DNA of 63,808 nucleotides, filler included, from Paramecium tetraurelia (GCA_000165425.1; 6 parts of 5 records of this genome joined end to end with filler, not necessarily neighbours in it); one strand, 5' to 3'; counted from the first letter of the whole stretch, positions 43,411 through 57,978 are shown. Notes: a model not told the origin generated them from the letters alone. Numbers and translations are program-made.

Positions 43411-45050
43411 CATAACAAGAATCCTTATAGAAATAGTATCTTGTATTAGTTAACATTATTTGACTAAAGCAATGCAAGTATCATTGGATGATCAATCTAC
43501 ATCGCTCTCTTCAATATTCTTTTAGGAGTCATAAAAAAATAGGAAGCCCTTATTGATGATACATGCTCGGATTATTAATGTTTAAAAGTTGACCACAAGG
43601 TGTTATGTAATATCCAGAAACATAGCTCATGAACGGATTGGTAATAAGGACCTGAAATATTAGAGAAATAAGATAATAATTTGAGGAGGCATTGGACATC
43701 AATACGGCATGCTAACAAGAAGAATTTTAATTTCTACGAGCAGCTAGAAGCATATATACTGTTCTTATGATCATTTTAGGTCTCATACAGAAAGTGTGCA
43801 TGATCTCTATACTACTAACATAATTATGAATATAGTTCAAATGTAGTTTTAGAGCTAAGTTAGGCCGGCAGGAGTCTTAATTGATCAAGTTGTAAATTTA
43901 CAAAAACATTCCTTCAAACTATTAGATAAAGAATAGAAGTTACAAGTGTTGGAGGAGCAAAAATATATATAAGTAAAAACAACAACATTAGTAATATTAA
44001 CATAGAGACTAAACGACATGATGAAAATTTAATATAAGGATATAAAAAAAAGAAGCATAAATTGTATTCAGTGAAGAGAACTAAATATATGCATCATATA
44101 AGATTGCATAAGTGGTCAATAGAAGATGATATTCATCACAAAAAGCGAATACAGAATGTTTTCTTATGAGTATATTATAAGATTGTTTCATTAAGTATTG
44201 CAAGATGCGATGCATCATTAATACACAGACTGTTAAATTATCTACAAAATATTTCTGGTAGAATTTAGAACATATTGTAATAGGTGGAACTGTTAAATCT
44301 ATCTAATATCAGTACAAAACCTCTATTAACTGTATTCCAACAATCTAAACAGCACAAAAAATGAGTAATAGTACACATCCTTACAAGAAGAATCTCAAGC
44401 ATTACAGTAAGAACCATGATAAACATTTTATCTCATTTGAGATTTTTCATCGAGATATACCTGCATTCATGCTGGCTAGTGTGGTGAATCATTTTACTAT
44501 TGGAATTCAATTTAGGCCCTTTAAATTTTCAGGATAAGTTCAAACTAGAAAGTTTGTATTATACTTATCCAAACTAAAATGCAACAAAAACAAAATTTTC
44601 ACAAATGCACTAATCTTGCCAAAACTTAAGGTTGATCCTATTCAAGAAATTCATGTTATGCTGAGTAATTCATTCTATGAGTAAATAAATACTGCAATCT
44701 TATCTTCCTTGTGCTGTTAGGCATTTCTTTACATTATTCAGAGTCACATTAGGAATAGGGCTAGGAATTTATCATAAATGCCTCTAAAGTACTCCATTCA
44801 ATCAGAATGTATAAGCAAACTGCTTGAGATATTATTCTCTCTTTTGTTATATGATAATCAAAGAGTTGAACAAATAAAGCTGCTTGCTACTCCTTTCATA
44901 CCAACCATCCACCGATGATACTCATTTTAACCTTATTATCATACATGTTAATATCAGTAAATGTCGATACCAGTAAATGTATGTTATAGCCAGCTATTTA
45001 ACAACAAATTATATTTCTACTATGTGTTTTGTGTTTTTTGTTCCTGTTCG
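43411..45050 (+). pseudogene. Decayed Cys-rich surface-antigen-like remnant
   Basis: Fragments such as TCSDY and DCFIKYCKMRC, with no intact ORF. Confidence 0.25.
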
Positions 45051-45929
45051 AGAAAAATATAATGTAATGGATATTTTTATAATGCACCTTAAAACTATGA
45101 TAGCAATTATATCATTTTAGAATTTTTAAGGCTATTTATGAGTGACCCTGTCTTCAGATCGCTATATAATAGCATCAGAATCTCTAAATAGTTTTGAGTT
45201 TTCTCCGTATTCTTGATCCAGTGATAAGAACTTGAATCTCTAATAAAACAATAGTCATTAGAAAACTAGAGGATACTTTATTAAAGAATTCAAAGAACCT
45301 AAATTTTCCTTTGTTATTGAGTTGATATACTTAGTCGACACTCCAAAAATGTTCACTCAAGGTTCATGTTATATAGAGAGAATTTGATAAACTTTAAGGA
45401 TTAACAATTTCATAGGTGCTCATCTCAAGTGCATTCCTTTTAGAAATTGTTCTCTAAAATTTTTTATACTTACTTCTTAGGATTTTGTAAGTTATTCATT
45501 TATCTTCGTTCATTAAGTAAAAATCAAAGAGTTTATTATCTCCTTTAAAAGCTTGTAATTCAACTTAGAAGAAAACAAACCGAAAATAATGTACCATTAA
45601 TTTAAATTACGCTACATTAAGTGATTAGCACAACTTGATTGATATATTAATAATATTGAAGTTACTGTCCAAATACATTTTGTATTTTCTGATAAATGTT
45701 CTGTAAAAGATTTTGTCAAAATTTCACATACTGTGCGTTTAGTTTTACTTTTCAGTATGCTCACAAGTTGTCTATCTTTAAAACATATTTATAAAATTCA
45801 TCTACCACCATCTCATGCTTATTCCAAGAGTAAATATCCTGGAACTCTACTTGCTGATGTCTCATAGTTGCACAACTTTTCTCAAATAAAATTGCTTCTT
45901 ACTTTTGTTTTTGATAGTAATTTTAAATT

Positions 45930-47000
45930 TTAGACACTATTAACTCCACATTATACAATTTATGTAATGGCTGTTTAGGTCGTTGTATCCAACTCGAAGT
46001 ATTCTTAACATATATTTGCAAATTATTTTCTACTCGAGATAGAAGTTACGAATTTAAAATATTCTTTGTTTCATTATATCAAACTTACATATTAAGAAAA
46101 TATATTAATTTTTCATTCAGTTATCAGTTTATATCTGGTATCTTTCCTACGTCAGAAAACTATTGTCAATTTGTGAAATTAAATAGCCGCTTGTTACTTA
46201 TTTTAATTTCAGAGTCCAGAGTCCGACCCACAAATATGAGGAGCATTATGGAGAAGTAATTTAATGAAAAGATGCTGTACCTGTAAAGTATGAGGGATAA
46301 GTTGATGGGAAGAATATTGGAAGTATAATTTTAAGAATGACGGATCGTTATAAATTCAACTGGGTCATAGGGGAATAATTGAAGAAGTGATGAAGGAGAT
46401 GATAATTAATCCAAAAGTTATCGCAGCAAATGGGATAATGGAATACTCCTAAATCTTTTTTAAAATCAAGAATTAGTAAGTTCTAAGAAATGAAATGAGA
46501 AAATCAGAGTTGATCAAATTTAAATTATGATGAACTTATCAAGACACTTAAGGGGTCTTGATAGTGACCCATTCATGAAAAGAGTTCCCATCTCAGAAAC
46601 CTATAATCATTTAATGAAAATAGAAGGGCCTAAATCCATATATGATACTATGATTGACGATTCAATATGCTGTATCAACTCTGGCTTAGTAGATTAGCAC
46701 CTTAATGTCTAGAATGATGGCAGAGGTATGATCTTATGCTCAAGGGAGGAAGGGAGAATTGATATAAATTAAGAAATGACTTATAGATAGTAAGAAGCAG
46801 AAGTTGGAAAGTGTTTTCTGGGTGTAAAACATATAAGAAGAAGAGAGAAGGTGGTAAAGAAAAATTTAAAAAGAATTCTGATGCGTTGGATTTAAAGATT
46901 CAGTTGCAGCTATTCGTGGGATAACTTGGTATATTGATTGGATTTGGCTTATGAAGGATGATGATGATAGGAGAAGAGAAGAGAAGAGCATACTATGAAT
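45930..47000 (+). pseudogene. Degenerate ORF of an unidentified family, homologous to 30100-30650
   Basis: MRSIMEKQFNEKMLYLQSMRDK / WEEYWKYNFKNDGSL / LSRHLRGLDSDPFMKRVPISETYNHLMKIEGPKSIYDTMIDD, read across frameshifts. Confidence 0.5.
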
Positions 47001-47699
47001 TAAACTTAAATCCACCATATATAATAAAATAATAAAGGCTTAAGTTCACTTAAATCATTCCCATAGCACAATATCTTAAAAGGCATCATCGAAATCTGCT
47101 AAGCAGAAAATACTCTTTTCTTTTTGAGTTTCCTTTTTAATAAGAAGAACTCTTTGAAACTTTGGATATGGAACAAATATATCTAAAGATTATGAAATTA
47201 TTTTTAATAAGTGTTACTTCTCTTTGTTGTGCATCGTTTGGAATCCTATTGTATTCATTATTGAATTAACCTTATTTAAACATTAAGAGAGCACTCTGAC
47301 TATTTATGGTTGAATTTAAATAGAATTCTTATATTATATAAATTAAAGATGTTTGGATGATAAGATGGAATACAAATCGTCATATCTATTCCTTTCAAGA
47401 AAACTATATATAGAAAAAATATCCCTAAGATCTTTTCAAGAAATCTATTATAAAAAATTTTTAAGAAGTTATGGGGGCATTATCATTAAGAAATAGCTTA
47501 TTTGCTTGTCAATTAAGAATTGATTGTCAAAAGTCTGCTCTGGATTTATTTAAATCTCCTCAGAATCAAAAACCATATAAATTTTAACATAATTTAGTGA
47601 GCAGGATGGAATATCCATCTATAATATATTTTAGTTATCCTTCAAAAATTTTTGATGCATCTAGCTATCGAGTCATCTAAAATGAGTTAGAGAAAAAAA

Positions 47700-48400
47700 T
47701 AACTAAAAAGTATGGAAGGCATCAACTTAAACAACTCTAATCAGATGGCTTTGTTTAAACCGAAAGATAAGGTAAACTTATGAAGATTAGCTTATGAGCA
47801 ATTTTTATAGATAAAATTCAATCAAATGACAAGGAGGGTTAGAAAAGCGTTTTAAGGGCTAGTAAGTAATGTTTTTATAACAGAATATGCAGAATTTGAA
47901 ATTTAACAACAAATTTAAATAAGAAAGATCAATTATGATTAAATAATTTAATCTAATCCTAGTTTACTATTAGCTATAATAGAATTATATTCCTTCTCAA
48001 ACAAACGTATTTGTCTCAAGAATTCTTAAATTTTTGAGATTTATATTGATCAAAAGGTATCAGAAGGTTGTGGCCTTTCTTGTTTTACAAACTTTCACAT
48101 AAAATTATACTAAATTCTCTTTCAAATTTTTGATACAGCAGGAGTTAAATAAAAAATTGCATCTAATAGATCTCTTTTTAACAGTAAACAATTTTTTGTT
48201 GAATCTCACAAATGGTGCGTAACATAAACGATTCTAATATATGCATAGAACCTTTGAAATGAAAAGCAGAATAATCTAAATATAAATTTGGCTGAGATTT
48301 TTAAAGAATATCCTGTTAGAATTAATTCCAATAGTTAAAATCAGTATTTGAGAAATATCTGATAATTTATGAAGATTTAATATTTAAATTTCAATCATAA
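47700..48400 (+). pseudogene. Degenerate member of an unidentified gene family, paralogous to 28635-29686
   Basis: Collinear nucleotide blocks shared with 28690-29580. The relic probably extends further on both sides. Confidence 0.55.
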
Positions 48401-51400
48401 TTGCGATTTTTTATATGGAATACCATAAATGAGAAAATTAGAAATATACATGAAGTGCACATAATCGAGACCATCCTTATTAAGGTTTGCCAACAAGCAT
48501 ATTTTATTAATATAATTAAGTTCATACTAATATTTCGAAATGTAATCAATATATAGATATATAGAATATAATTAAAAGGGAACCGCTATTGCAAAATATA
48601 TCGAAAAAGTTTTGAATTAATTAATCCTTTTTGAAAATAATTATAAACCTAAGTGATTACTTGACTTTTCATTTATATTAACTTTGAAATATCTATTGAA
48701 AGATAGAATAGTTTTTCGGATATTAAAGAATTAATCGAAAATGATATTTATTTAAATATCAATCTCCAATAATGTAAATACTTAATTTAACATCTCTACT
48801 TAGAATCTACCGCATAAATATAAACATATGTACAAATCTTTGGATATATCAATGAAGAAAGTCTAAATATAATAAATTAAAATTAATAAGAATGATTAAT
48901 CGGTGGACTACTTTGTTCATTTCACATACTTCATTTCCATATCCACCACAACAATCATGATATCATTTGTTAAAAATGGATATGATATTGATTAATCATT
49001 TTTATTTTATTATCATGATGTAACAATAACCTGAACTNNNNNNNNNNNNNNNNNNNNNNNNNNNNNNNNNNNNNNNNNNNNNNNNNNNNNNNNNNNNNNN
49101 NNNNNNNNNNNNNNNNNNNNNNNNNNNNNNNNNNNNNNNNNNNNNNNNNNNNNNNNNNNNNNNNNNNNNNNNNNNNNNNNNNNNNNNAGACTGAACTATG
49201 AATATTATATGTTCTATTTTGAACTATTAAAATCATAACATATACTCTCCACCGATATTATAACAATTAATTTCCTAAATTACTTATAATGATCCTGTCT
49301 GTATATCAAAGCTTGGAATTTGTCAGACTAACTTAATATTTCAGTTTATTCATTAACTTAGTCAAACTCATTAATCTCATTTTTGAGAGAAAATGGAATA
49401 TTAAGTATTTAAATTATTGAGTATTTCTGAAATTGAGAATTGTACTTTTCGTTATTTCCTCAAGAATTTATATGATTTTTGTTAATATTTCATTCTAAAA
49501 TTGCTTAAAATTAATCACTTGTTGACCCAAAAAATTCACTCCATTTATAATTAGTATCACTTAGAGTTGTGTATTTAATTAGATTATTTTATTAAATACT
49601 CTCTACGCAACTAATCTTGAAAACTTATTTTTCTCAGAATTCAAGTTTACATGATGATTTCTTTTACATGTTTTTTACATAAGATATTCAAATTTAGTTT
49701 TTCTCAATTAATTTAAAGATAATAATTAATTACGGGTTTTCATCCTTCTTTGAAATAATTATAGTGATTTTTGTTCCTCAACTACTTTTTTTTTTTTTAA
49801 GGTTTCGTTTATCTTGATAAAAATTGGATTTTTAATTATGAATTACAATTACAACTATATTTAATAGATTTAAGAATTGTCATCTAGATTTATCCAATTC
49901 CTTAGGAATTTAAAGCTATCCATAGTCCTTCTTTTGATAAAGCTCTTACATTCTTCTTTAAAAGAAGAGCTTAAATTTTTGATTCGATTACATTAAACTT
50001 TGTCTAAAGTATTACTAATTTATAAATTAAATTCTTTTTCTTAAGATTGAATTTCCCTGTAATTTTCGAACTTTCCTTAATATTCTTTGAGTCTAAAAAT
50101 CAACTGCTAATTTAAATTCCAAGGGTATGTTCTCAATATCAATCATCTCCATCAGATACTTTGTACAAGGTATTTATCCTTTTCGGCAGCACAAAATTTC
50201 TAATTTATACCTTCAAAACATTTTATTATCAAATTTAGATGACATTAACATTTATTTCAAATAGGAATTTAATCATAATTGCATGACTTATATATCAAAT
50301 AATTACTCATTAATGATTTAAGATTCCAATCAAATTAGGTAGTCATTAATTTGTAATTTTCAGCTTATATCTAACTTTAATTATTCTTTCTGAAATAAAA
50401 CTGATTTTATTTTTAAATTCTAATATGTTTATATTTATATAATTCACCCCTCAATTACTAACATCTATATTATTTGTGATGATTACTAAATATTATTTCA
50501 ACTAAAAAAATAAATTTACATTCTAAATACAATGATTTAAGATCTAAAGTAAAAAGTTATATTTAAGATCTAAGTTATTAATTCACTTATACCTTTGATA
50601 ATTGGAATTCTAAAAGAATTTGATATATTTGAGCTACTTGAATGTAATTCAAAGCATTCATTTAGTTTATAAATTTTTGAATTCGTAGGATGTCTGATAA
50701 TCGTATATTAATATAGTTTACTATCGACATAGTTATTTTGAATGCTAATTAAAATTGGATACTTGTTAAATTAGGATATTAAAGATACTGCCATAGTATT
50801 AATTAAATAGTTCAACTCCTGTAATTTTTGATACTTTCCCTCAATTCTTTAGACTTTATGATAGGCAACTAATACTACAAAATTAATGTCTTAAATTCAC
50901 AGTTTAAATCCTAACTTACTTCTTCTAGTAGTATCTTTTCAAATTTTGATGGGATCTGTCTGCTGTTGCATAAATTAATTAAAATGAAAGAATCAAAAAT
51001 AGTATAAATTTATCCATAGTTAAATTTTTATATTAAATAAATTAAATTCAAGTTTTTATCTATTAACTAAAATAAAATGAATTAAAAAGCAATAGCAACA
51101 TTTTTTACTTTCGTGTGATGGATTAGAGTCTAAATATTACAACACTTTAATACTCTTAAAATTTCTTTCAAAGGTTAAATTATAGTATTTTATATTGTGT
51201 AGATCCAGCTTTTTAGTTTTACTCTATAAATCAAACTCAAAATATATATAGCAGACAGCTCTAACCTAAAGGCTTTCTTTATAATTAATAGAATAAGACA
51301 ATTTTATATTTCTGACTTTTTTTTGTATTTTAGAAAAGCTTGCAGGTTAGGCCTACTCAACTTAATTTAATTTCTTTTCTCCAAGACGAATTGAGCCTAA

Positions 51401-52329
51401 ATTTGAGCAGACTAGATAAAAAGGAAAAAAAATTATTAGTTTTGATGAAGCTGAGTACTTGAAAGTATTTACAGCGCTGTTGAATTGTTTTCATCAAAGC
51501 AAATTCAAGGGAAGATNNNNNNNNNNNNNNNNNNNNNNNNNNNNNNNNNNNNNNNNNNNNNNNNNNNNNNNNNNNNNNNNNNNNNNNNNNNNNNNNNNNN
51601 NNNNNNNNNNNNNNNNNNNNNNNNNNNNNNNNNNNNNNNNNNNNNNNNNNNNNNNNNNNNNNNNNNGAAAGGTGTGCTGACATGAGAAAATTGAATGAAA
51701 ATGATGTGTCCTGATGATGCTGTGAACTTGAATGGATTGACTGCTGCTGTTGAATTGTTTCCCATCAATGCAATGTCATTTGATGATGCCAATTTTGTAA
51801 CAAATTTACTTATAAATGAAATAATTTGGTTTTGAAGAGAGAATCTTCCAATTGAACAGTTCTTCTCTTCATGAACAAATAAAAAAATCTAGAAGCATAA
51901 CTTAGCTCCCCTAAAATTAAAATGATATTATAAATGAAACAAACTAAGTGAAAAATTATTGAAAAAAGAGAAGGAGATTATCAAAAATAAATTTATTAAA
52001 ATTAAACTCCAACCACTTGAAAGTCTTAAAAGAAAAATAAGAAAATTTAAGAAATCAAAATGGAAATGGCAAAGGACCTCTAGCCAATTTTTTAATTTAT
52101 CTTATAATCTTTTCAGGTACCTCCCTTTTCTTTATGCTCCTCATCTAAATAATATCTTTATTCAAATTTTATTTAATATTTTTAGGAGTCGTTCGAAAAG
52201 TTTTTTTATGATTTTAACTTATACTTATATTAGAACATCATCAATTGAGGTTGTTTTGTTTGTATTTTTCTGATTAATTATTCTTATGATATATGAATTC
52301 ATATATGTCTTAATTTTCTGTTCGTTCTC

Positions 52330-52520
52330 TAGGTATCGGTACTATAATTTGTAAATGGAAAGCTAATAAGGGACTTTTAAAAATGATTAGAAATAATATT
52401 GAATACTTTTAGACTCCATAGCACAAGAGTATCCACGGCCAGTCTTTATTCAGCACTAGATTATTTGTTTATAGACACATTAATCCTCTAAAACAGTTAC
52501 TATTATTATTTAAGGTTATT
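52330..52520 (+). mobile_element. Possible APE endonuclease fragment of a non-LTR element
   Basis: The frame from 52402 reads NTFRLHSTRVSTASLYSALDYLFIDT, resembling the APE T....S.IDY.F motif and the SQRVRT segment near 20880. Confidence 0.3.
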
Positions 52521-52773
52521 CTAATGAAATTGAGGCTAACAAGGAACTATGAATGAAATAGAAAGAAATAAAGTAAACCTGATTAAAACACTGGCATATA
52601 GCTGTGAATTACGACATGGAGTGAAGATGGAGTTTTCAGTCTGATATTAAGTAAGCTTCAACCTGTAATAATTCATAGGAAATTCAAATTTTTAATTTCA
52701 CAACATCTTTTCAAGCGGTAAATATTTTTTCTATAAAATATAAATTTATGAGGAGAATCACAATATATAAAAT

Positions 52774-52945
52774 ATCCTCCTCTGGGCAGCTGGGCCCAGC
52801 CGGGTCTTCGGGAGGGGATTAATCCCAAAATCTAACTCTCCCTCTTCTCATCCATCTCCTTGATATTATACTGCCTACTCTGGGCCTACCTCATTTTCCA
52901 AGAAGTTATGGTAGGCTCAGGGGGAGATTCCCGAGACACGCCAAT
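52774..52945 (+). other. GC-rich island with strong stem-loop potential, identity unknown
   Basis: Palindromes GCTGGGCCCAGC and GGGATTAATCCC, a stem CTCTGGGCCTACC/GGTAGGCTCAGGG with G-U pairs on the + strand, and a central pyrimidine tract. Confidence 0.55.
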
Positions 52946-53945
52946 TATGACATCATCGATGAAATTTTTAATTTTTATTTTTCTATTTTATATCCACATT
53001 ATTATTTCCATTATTTTAAGTGCTTTCTGGGTTATAATTAATTTAATTCAACGTACCTCCAATGTTTTAATGAAATAAATGCAGAACCTACTCTTTGTAA
53101 ATATCTGCTCCTAAAATATAATCAATGACTGCAAGATAGGCGAGTAGTTAATATTATAATTGAGAAAATTTTGCATCTTCCTGTAGAATTTCGGTTAGAA
53201 TTAAGAGAAACTCGATATTCTTTAAGGGAATTCAAATAAATAATAAAGACAGGCTACAGAAAGTTGAAACGTTCTCAATATTATTAACGACATGAATCTC
53301 TAAATAGCACCTTATATAATATATAGATCAAGGAAATAATATTATGATTATTATTTTAGGCTATAAAATTAGAATTTATTCATTTTCCAATAAAAAAACG
53401 ATACTTACCAAAATGTAATAATATATAAGGTCTGCATAAGCCCAAACTTAAATTGAGGATAGAGATTTATTTATATTTAGATAAACAAAATGCGCTTTTA
53501 TGATAGGAGCCTTAGAAATGAAAGTTAAAGAATTTGTATGCTATTAATATTAAGTTCAGTCAGAAGTATTTTATAGCCACCATTCTCACCTTAATTGAAT
53601 CAATTAGAAAATGATAGCATTTGTTGAAATGTCATATCTAAGAAATATAAGACCTTTTCATGGTTATAAGTCTCCACCTAGCCTAGAAAGAAATCTCTTA
53701 CCTAATTAATTTCACAAATTGCTTGTAAATTATAAATTAAAATATTTCATACAAAAAATACTGAATATTATGAATAATGGTGTTGCTCAATCTCAATAAA
53801 GTAGAGAAACAACTTGATCTCCTATTAAGTGATTTGATTTCTATAAATTTAAAATTTATCATACTTTGCACTAAGCTGTATCTAGTTTAGAATCAGATCT
53901 AATTAACTTCTTAATCACTACCTTTTATTTTAACATTATTTATTT

Positions 53946-56900
53946 ATGATTTTTTTTGCTTTAATCCTTTTAGTTCAAAGTTGCTTTAAGACCTATGAAG
54001 AAATTAATTTATACCCAACTAATGGAGAGCATTTAGAATATCCTATGAACAATTTATTTTAGGGAGATAATTATAGTTATTATTATGAACCTAATATACC
54101 AAATATTGAAATAGTAAATGCTTTCAATGAAATGTAAAATATATAAGGATATGGTATATATGAATCATAATATTAGAATTTATATCAATATCATCTAATT
54201 AAACTCATTTTGCAACAATAACTAAAGAAAGTCATGTTATACTATATGAGTGGAATAATTTTAATATTTAATAATATGGTTAAGTAGCTAAAATTGATCA
54301 GAGATATCTATGCTATAATATCATTTTTTTCGATGGTATTGATATCTTACTTGATTGTTATACAGAATAAAATCTTTATTTATTAAAATTAATGAACACT
54401 AGTTTCAACATAGTTTATTCAATCTAAACAAATGAGCCAATTTCATCAAAAATGCAGGGAATTTAAATGAATCAAAAACTTTTTTAATATATGCCTAGTT
54501 TTATCAAAATTTATCGATCATAACTTTATTTTCATCTCAATTTTAAAATTTAACATCTTTCGAAGATTAATTTATATAATTTGGTATTCCTTAAAGAGAA
54601 AACCCATCTATATATCTACTCTACAGATAATCTATATCCTAATTTGTCATTATTTAGGATTACACTTTTCAATAAACAACAAATTATTCATTTTAAAGAA
54701 CAGTGAATAATTTTCAAGTTTATTATGACTACCAAGCTTATTCTTAATGTGATTTATTATAGATTTTATACGAATAGGATATAACACAACTATTTTGCAT
54801 TTCAAATCTTAGGATGTTAGGATGTATTTTATTAAAAATATGAAGCTAACTATTTTTCTAAAAGATCAATTCAATTAATTTAGTTTTTTTTTGATAATGA
54901 ATTTGTCTTATTTTAATCTTAAGACTATCTAACATTATATTAACAATAATATAATGAAATATCTATTGCCTCTATTGCAATTGATTAGAACACTTAAATA
55001 TATTATAATCCTTATAATAACTAACTAAAATGCAAATATATATTTTTACTTATATTTACATTTAACAAATAAATTATTGTTTATGAATTGTTAATGCCCT
55101 CATTATAAATTAATTTAACAGAATAATAAGATTAAGAAAGGACTTATGTTATTACAATTTATGCTTAATTTTTAAATCTTACTTTCAATAGTATTTGTAA
55201 AATGTTTATGTCTATCACGATTTTAGATTAAAATGATACAAATATTTATGTAATATACAATCAAAATTTTCCTCAGTACAGATATATTGATGGGGCTGAA
55301 AAAAGTGAATCAGTCTTTTTAGGCTATTCAGGCAAGTTATTATCATATATTGTGAATTCAGATAATAAATAATTTGGATTTTTTAAGTAAACAACATTAT
55401 AAACCTTTTTCGAATTATAAAATCAAATATTTTACTTGGCCTAATTATTAAACCCAACTTAAGGTGTTGGAAAATAGAAGATTTATTTTATCGGAGTTAC
55501 AAACGAATCGATATAAATTTTTTATTCAAATTTCCTTTTAAATTCATTTTATCCTTTTATGAATATTAGTATTACTATTCAGGCTCAAAGCTTATAAGTG
55601 GCTTATGACATAGATCAAACATTAATAATAGGACTTAGTGATAATGATACAATCTACCTTTATTAAATATACGATTCTGCCAAATTACCCTATTTCTCTT
55701 TTGAGTATAAATTTGAATAATAAATTTTCAGAATTTTTAGTAACCTTTAATAACTTGATAACTTTGTTTATAAATAAAGAAATTTAAATCATGACTTTAA
55801 ACTACACTGATCTAGTAATTATTAATTAAATGATGATTAATAACTTATATAATACAGACAGTTTTATAAAATTTAATCCAATCTAAATAGCTGTGAATCC
55901 TTAATCATTATCTTCATGTCTGTTTATCAATAATATTAACAATGTCATTATTATTGCTATTGGTTAAAATAATATCCCAATACCAATTTCAATCATAGAG
56001 TGTAAATTCTAAATTAAATAAATAAACATTGTGAATCAATAATTAGTATTATCCTATATTTGCAATTAAGGGTTTGATCTCTGTTTCTAAGTATGGAGTA
56101 TTCAAAAGTTTAGAGACCCATTTTTTATGAAAAATATGATCAGTGGAAAGTATGAGAATTAAGTATAAATACTATCTGATAACTTGTTTTTTTATATCCA
56201 ATTTTCAAATTACACTGTTTTCGTTTATAATCCTTAATTACCAGAACATATGAGTTTATAATATGAACTCAATTTATCATCATAATTGAGATGCTCAGTT
56301 TAAAGAATCTTATATTATGAAAATACAATCAATTCATTATCAACTAGACAAAGTTTTAATCTTTATATAAATTAATCTCTAAACTTTGAGCACTCTTACC
56401 CAATTATGATTTATAATTATAATATTACTACTGTTTTTAATTAAACAGCTCTTTAATCTACACCTAATTAAAGCTTAATTTACTTATCAAATTTCACCTA
56501 TTTCTAACCAAAAATTAATAAAACTATATTTTTGTAGATACAAGATTTAAATTTAATTGATCGAACTTTCACTATCCCTATGAATATAATCCTTGATAGA
56601 CAGGCTAATCGTTGCTATTTTTCTGATAGTTCTGATAATTCTTATGTAGAAAATGTTGATTAATTTGATGAAGAATAATTTTCAAATAATTTATGCAACC
56701 TACCAAATTTCGGTTACTTCATAACTATCCCCAATTAAAATTACACCTTAATAACTGCAGTAAATAACTAATTTTTTGTTCTGTAAAACAATAACGAAAT
56801 CAAAATTGTTAATTCGAAACTTGAAATTCTTTAATTTTTTGATAATTCTAATTTAAATTTTACAGAGTGCTTAAAATCAACATCTTTTAATTTAACAATA

Positions 56901-57978
56901 TCTTATATTTGTCAAAATGAAACTGCATAATATAATATTGGCTTAGCATTTCCCTTGACTCTCTTGGAAATGTTTCAGATGTTAACTTATTTTTTATTCC
57001 TCATAAATTTATTGAGATATCTAAAATAAATAATATAGCTTAATTTAACTTTATTTTGGGCTCTTATAATTCTAAATATCAATACGTATACTTCTTTACT
57101 TCATTAAACAACAGCATGTAGAAATTAGGTTTTAATGGTGATTGTCAAGACTTTTCAGTAGCTCAATTAAATTCTAGTTTAGATTTAAATTAATCAAATT
57201 TAATTGTTATTTTATACATCATTAATAATGTGCCCTATTCTTAATATCTATAATTTAGTGAAAATTCAATAACATTGAAAAAAAATGATTTTCACAGACT
57301 TATTATTAGCCCTAAACCCATTCTATATGTTTAAATTTTGATATTGCAAATAATTAACAATTAAATATTCATCTTTATCTCCAGTACTGATGGCTTTGAA
57401 TAATTTTTAATATTATAATTGTTTTAGCCCTTTTTTGATGGAATTAGAAGAGTTATAGCCACTATCCCAAGTTCTAATGGTTTGGGGTTAGTTCCAAATT
57501 CTATATATTACAATGGCTTGCTACTTCAACAATTTAAATAAGGAAGTACCTATATTATAAGAGTCTACTAAACTGCCAAATTACTCAATAACAATTTTGA
57601 AGAGCCTATTTTGATGTTAGGTTAACTAAATACTACATCTCTCGGATTTGCTTTAATTAAAAACTAAGAGGATGAAAATGCTACATGCCTTGCATCGAAT
57701 AATGGGTCAGTTTTATATTATCCAATATATACAAGAATATTAAAATGCCATTATAAGTAAAATAGAAATACATTCCATGTGATGACTTCATGTAAGAATG
57801 ATTTTTCATCTGGATCTTATGAGATAACTTTTATACTTCCTCTGACTTAGACACTCCTTCAAGAAGATGGATTTACTCATTAATAGCCATTATAATATTC
57901 TAAATAATAGGCTTTTATATTTTAGTCAAATATAGAATGAGAAATATTGGTTATATAAATACTGAAATAGAATTATGA
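53946..57978 (+). CDS. Large type I single-pass membrane glycoprotein of a Paramecium-specific family (frameshifted in this assembly)
   Basis: ATG at 53946 with signal peptide MIFFALILLVQS, then CFKTYEEINLYPTNGEHLEYPMNNLF. It has a 23-nt intron at 54154-54176, many NxS/T sequons, a C-terminal TM segment WIYSLIAIIIFQIIGFYILV and a short tail KYRMRNIGYINTEIEL*. TGA at 57976-57978. At least one frameshift near 54460. Confidence 0.8.

Noticed and set aside
51420..51790. Imperfect repeat of about 90 bp (gctgttgaattgttt..catcaa.gcaa) flanking the 51517-51665 gap, with a faint trichocyst-matrix-like look
   Set aside because: Most simply explained as overlapping low-quality read ends. The protein resemblance is too weak to call.
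52820..52836. cccaaaatcta resembling the template-adjacent region of ciliate telomerase RNA
   Set aside because: It lacks a CAACCCC-type template and the upstream UGUCA motif, so the match is likely coincidental.
57481..57490. tttggggtta telomere-like word
   Set aside because: It is a single occurrence inside a CDS, and I saw no tandem G4T2/G3T3 tract in the window.
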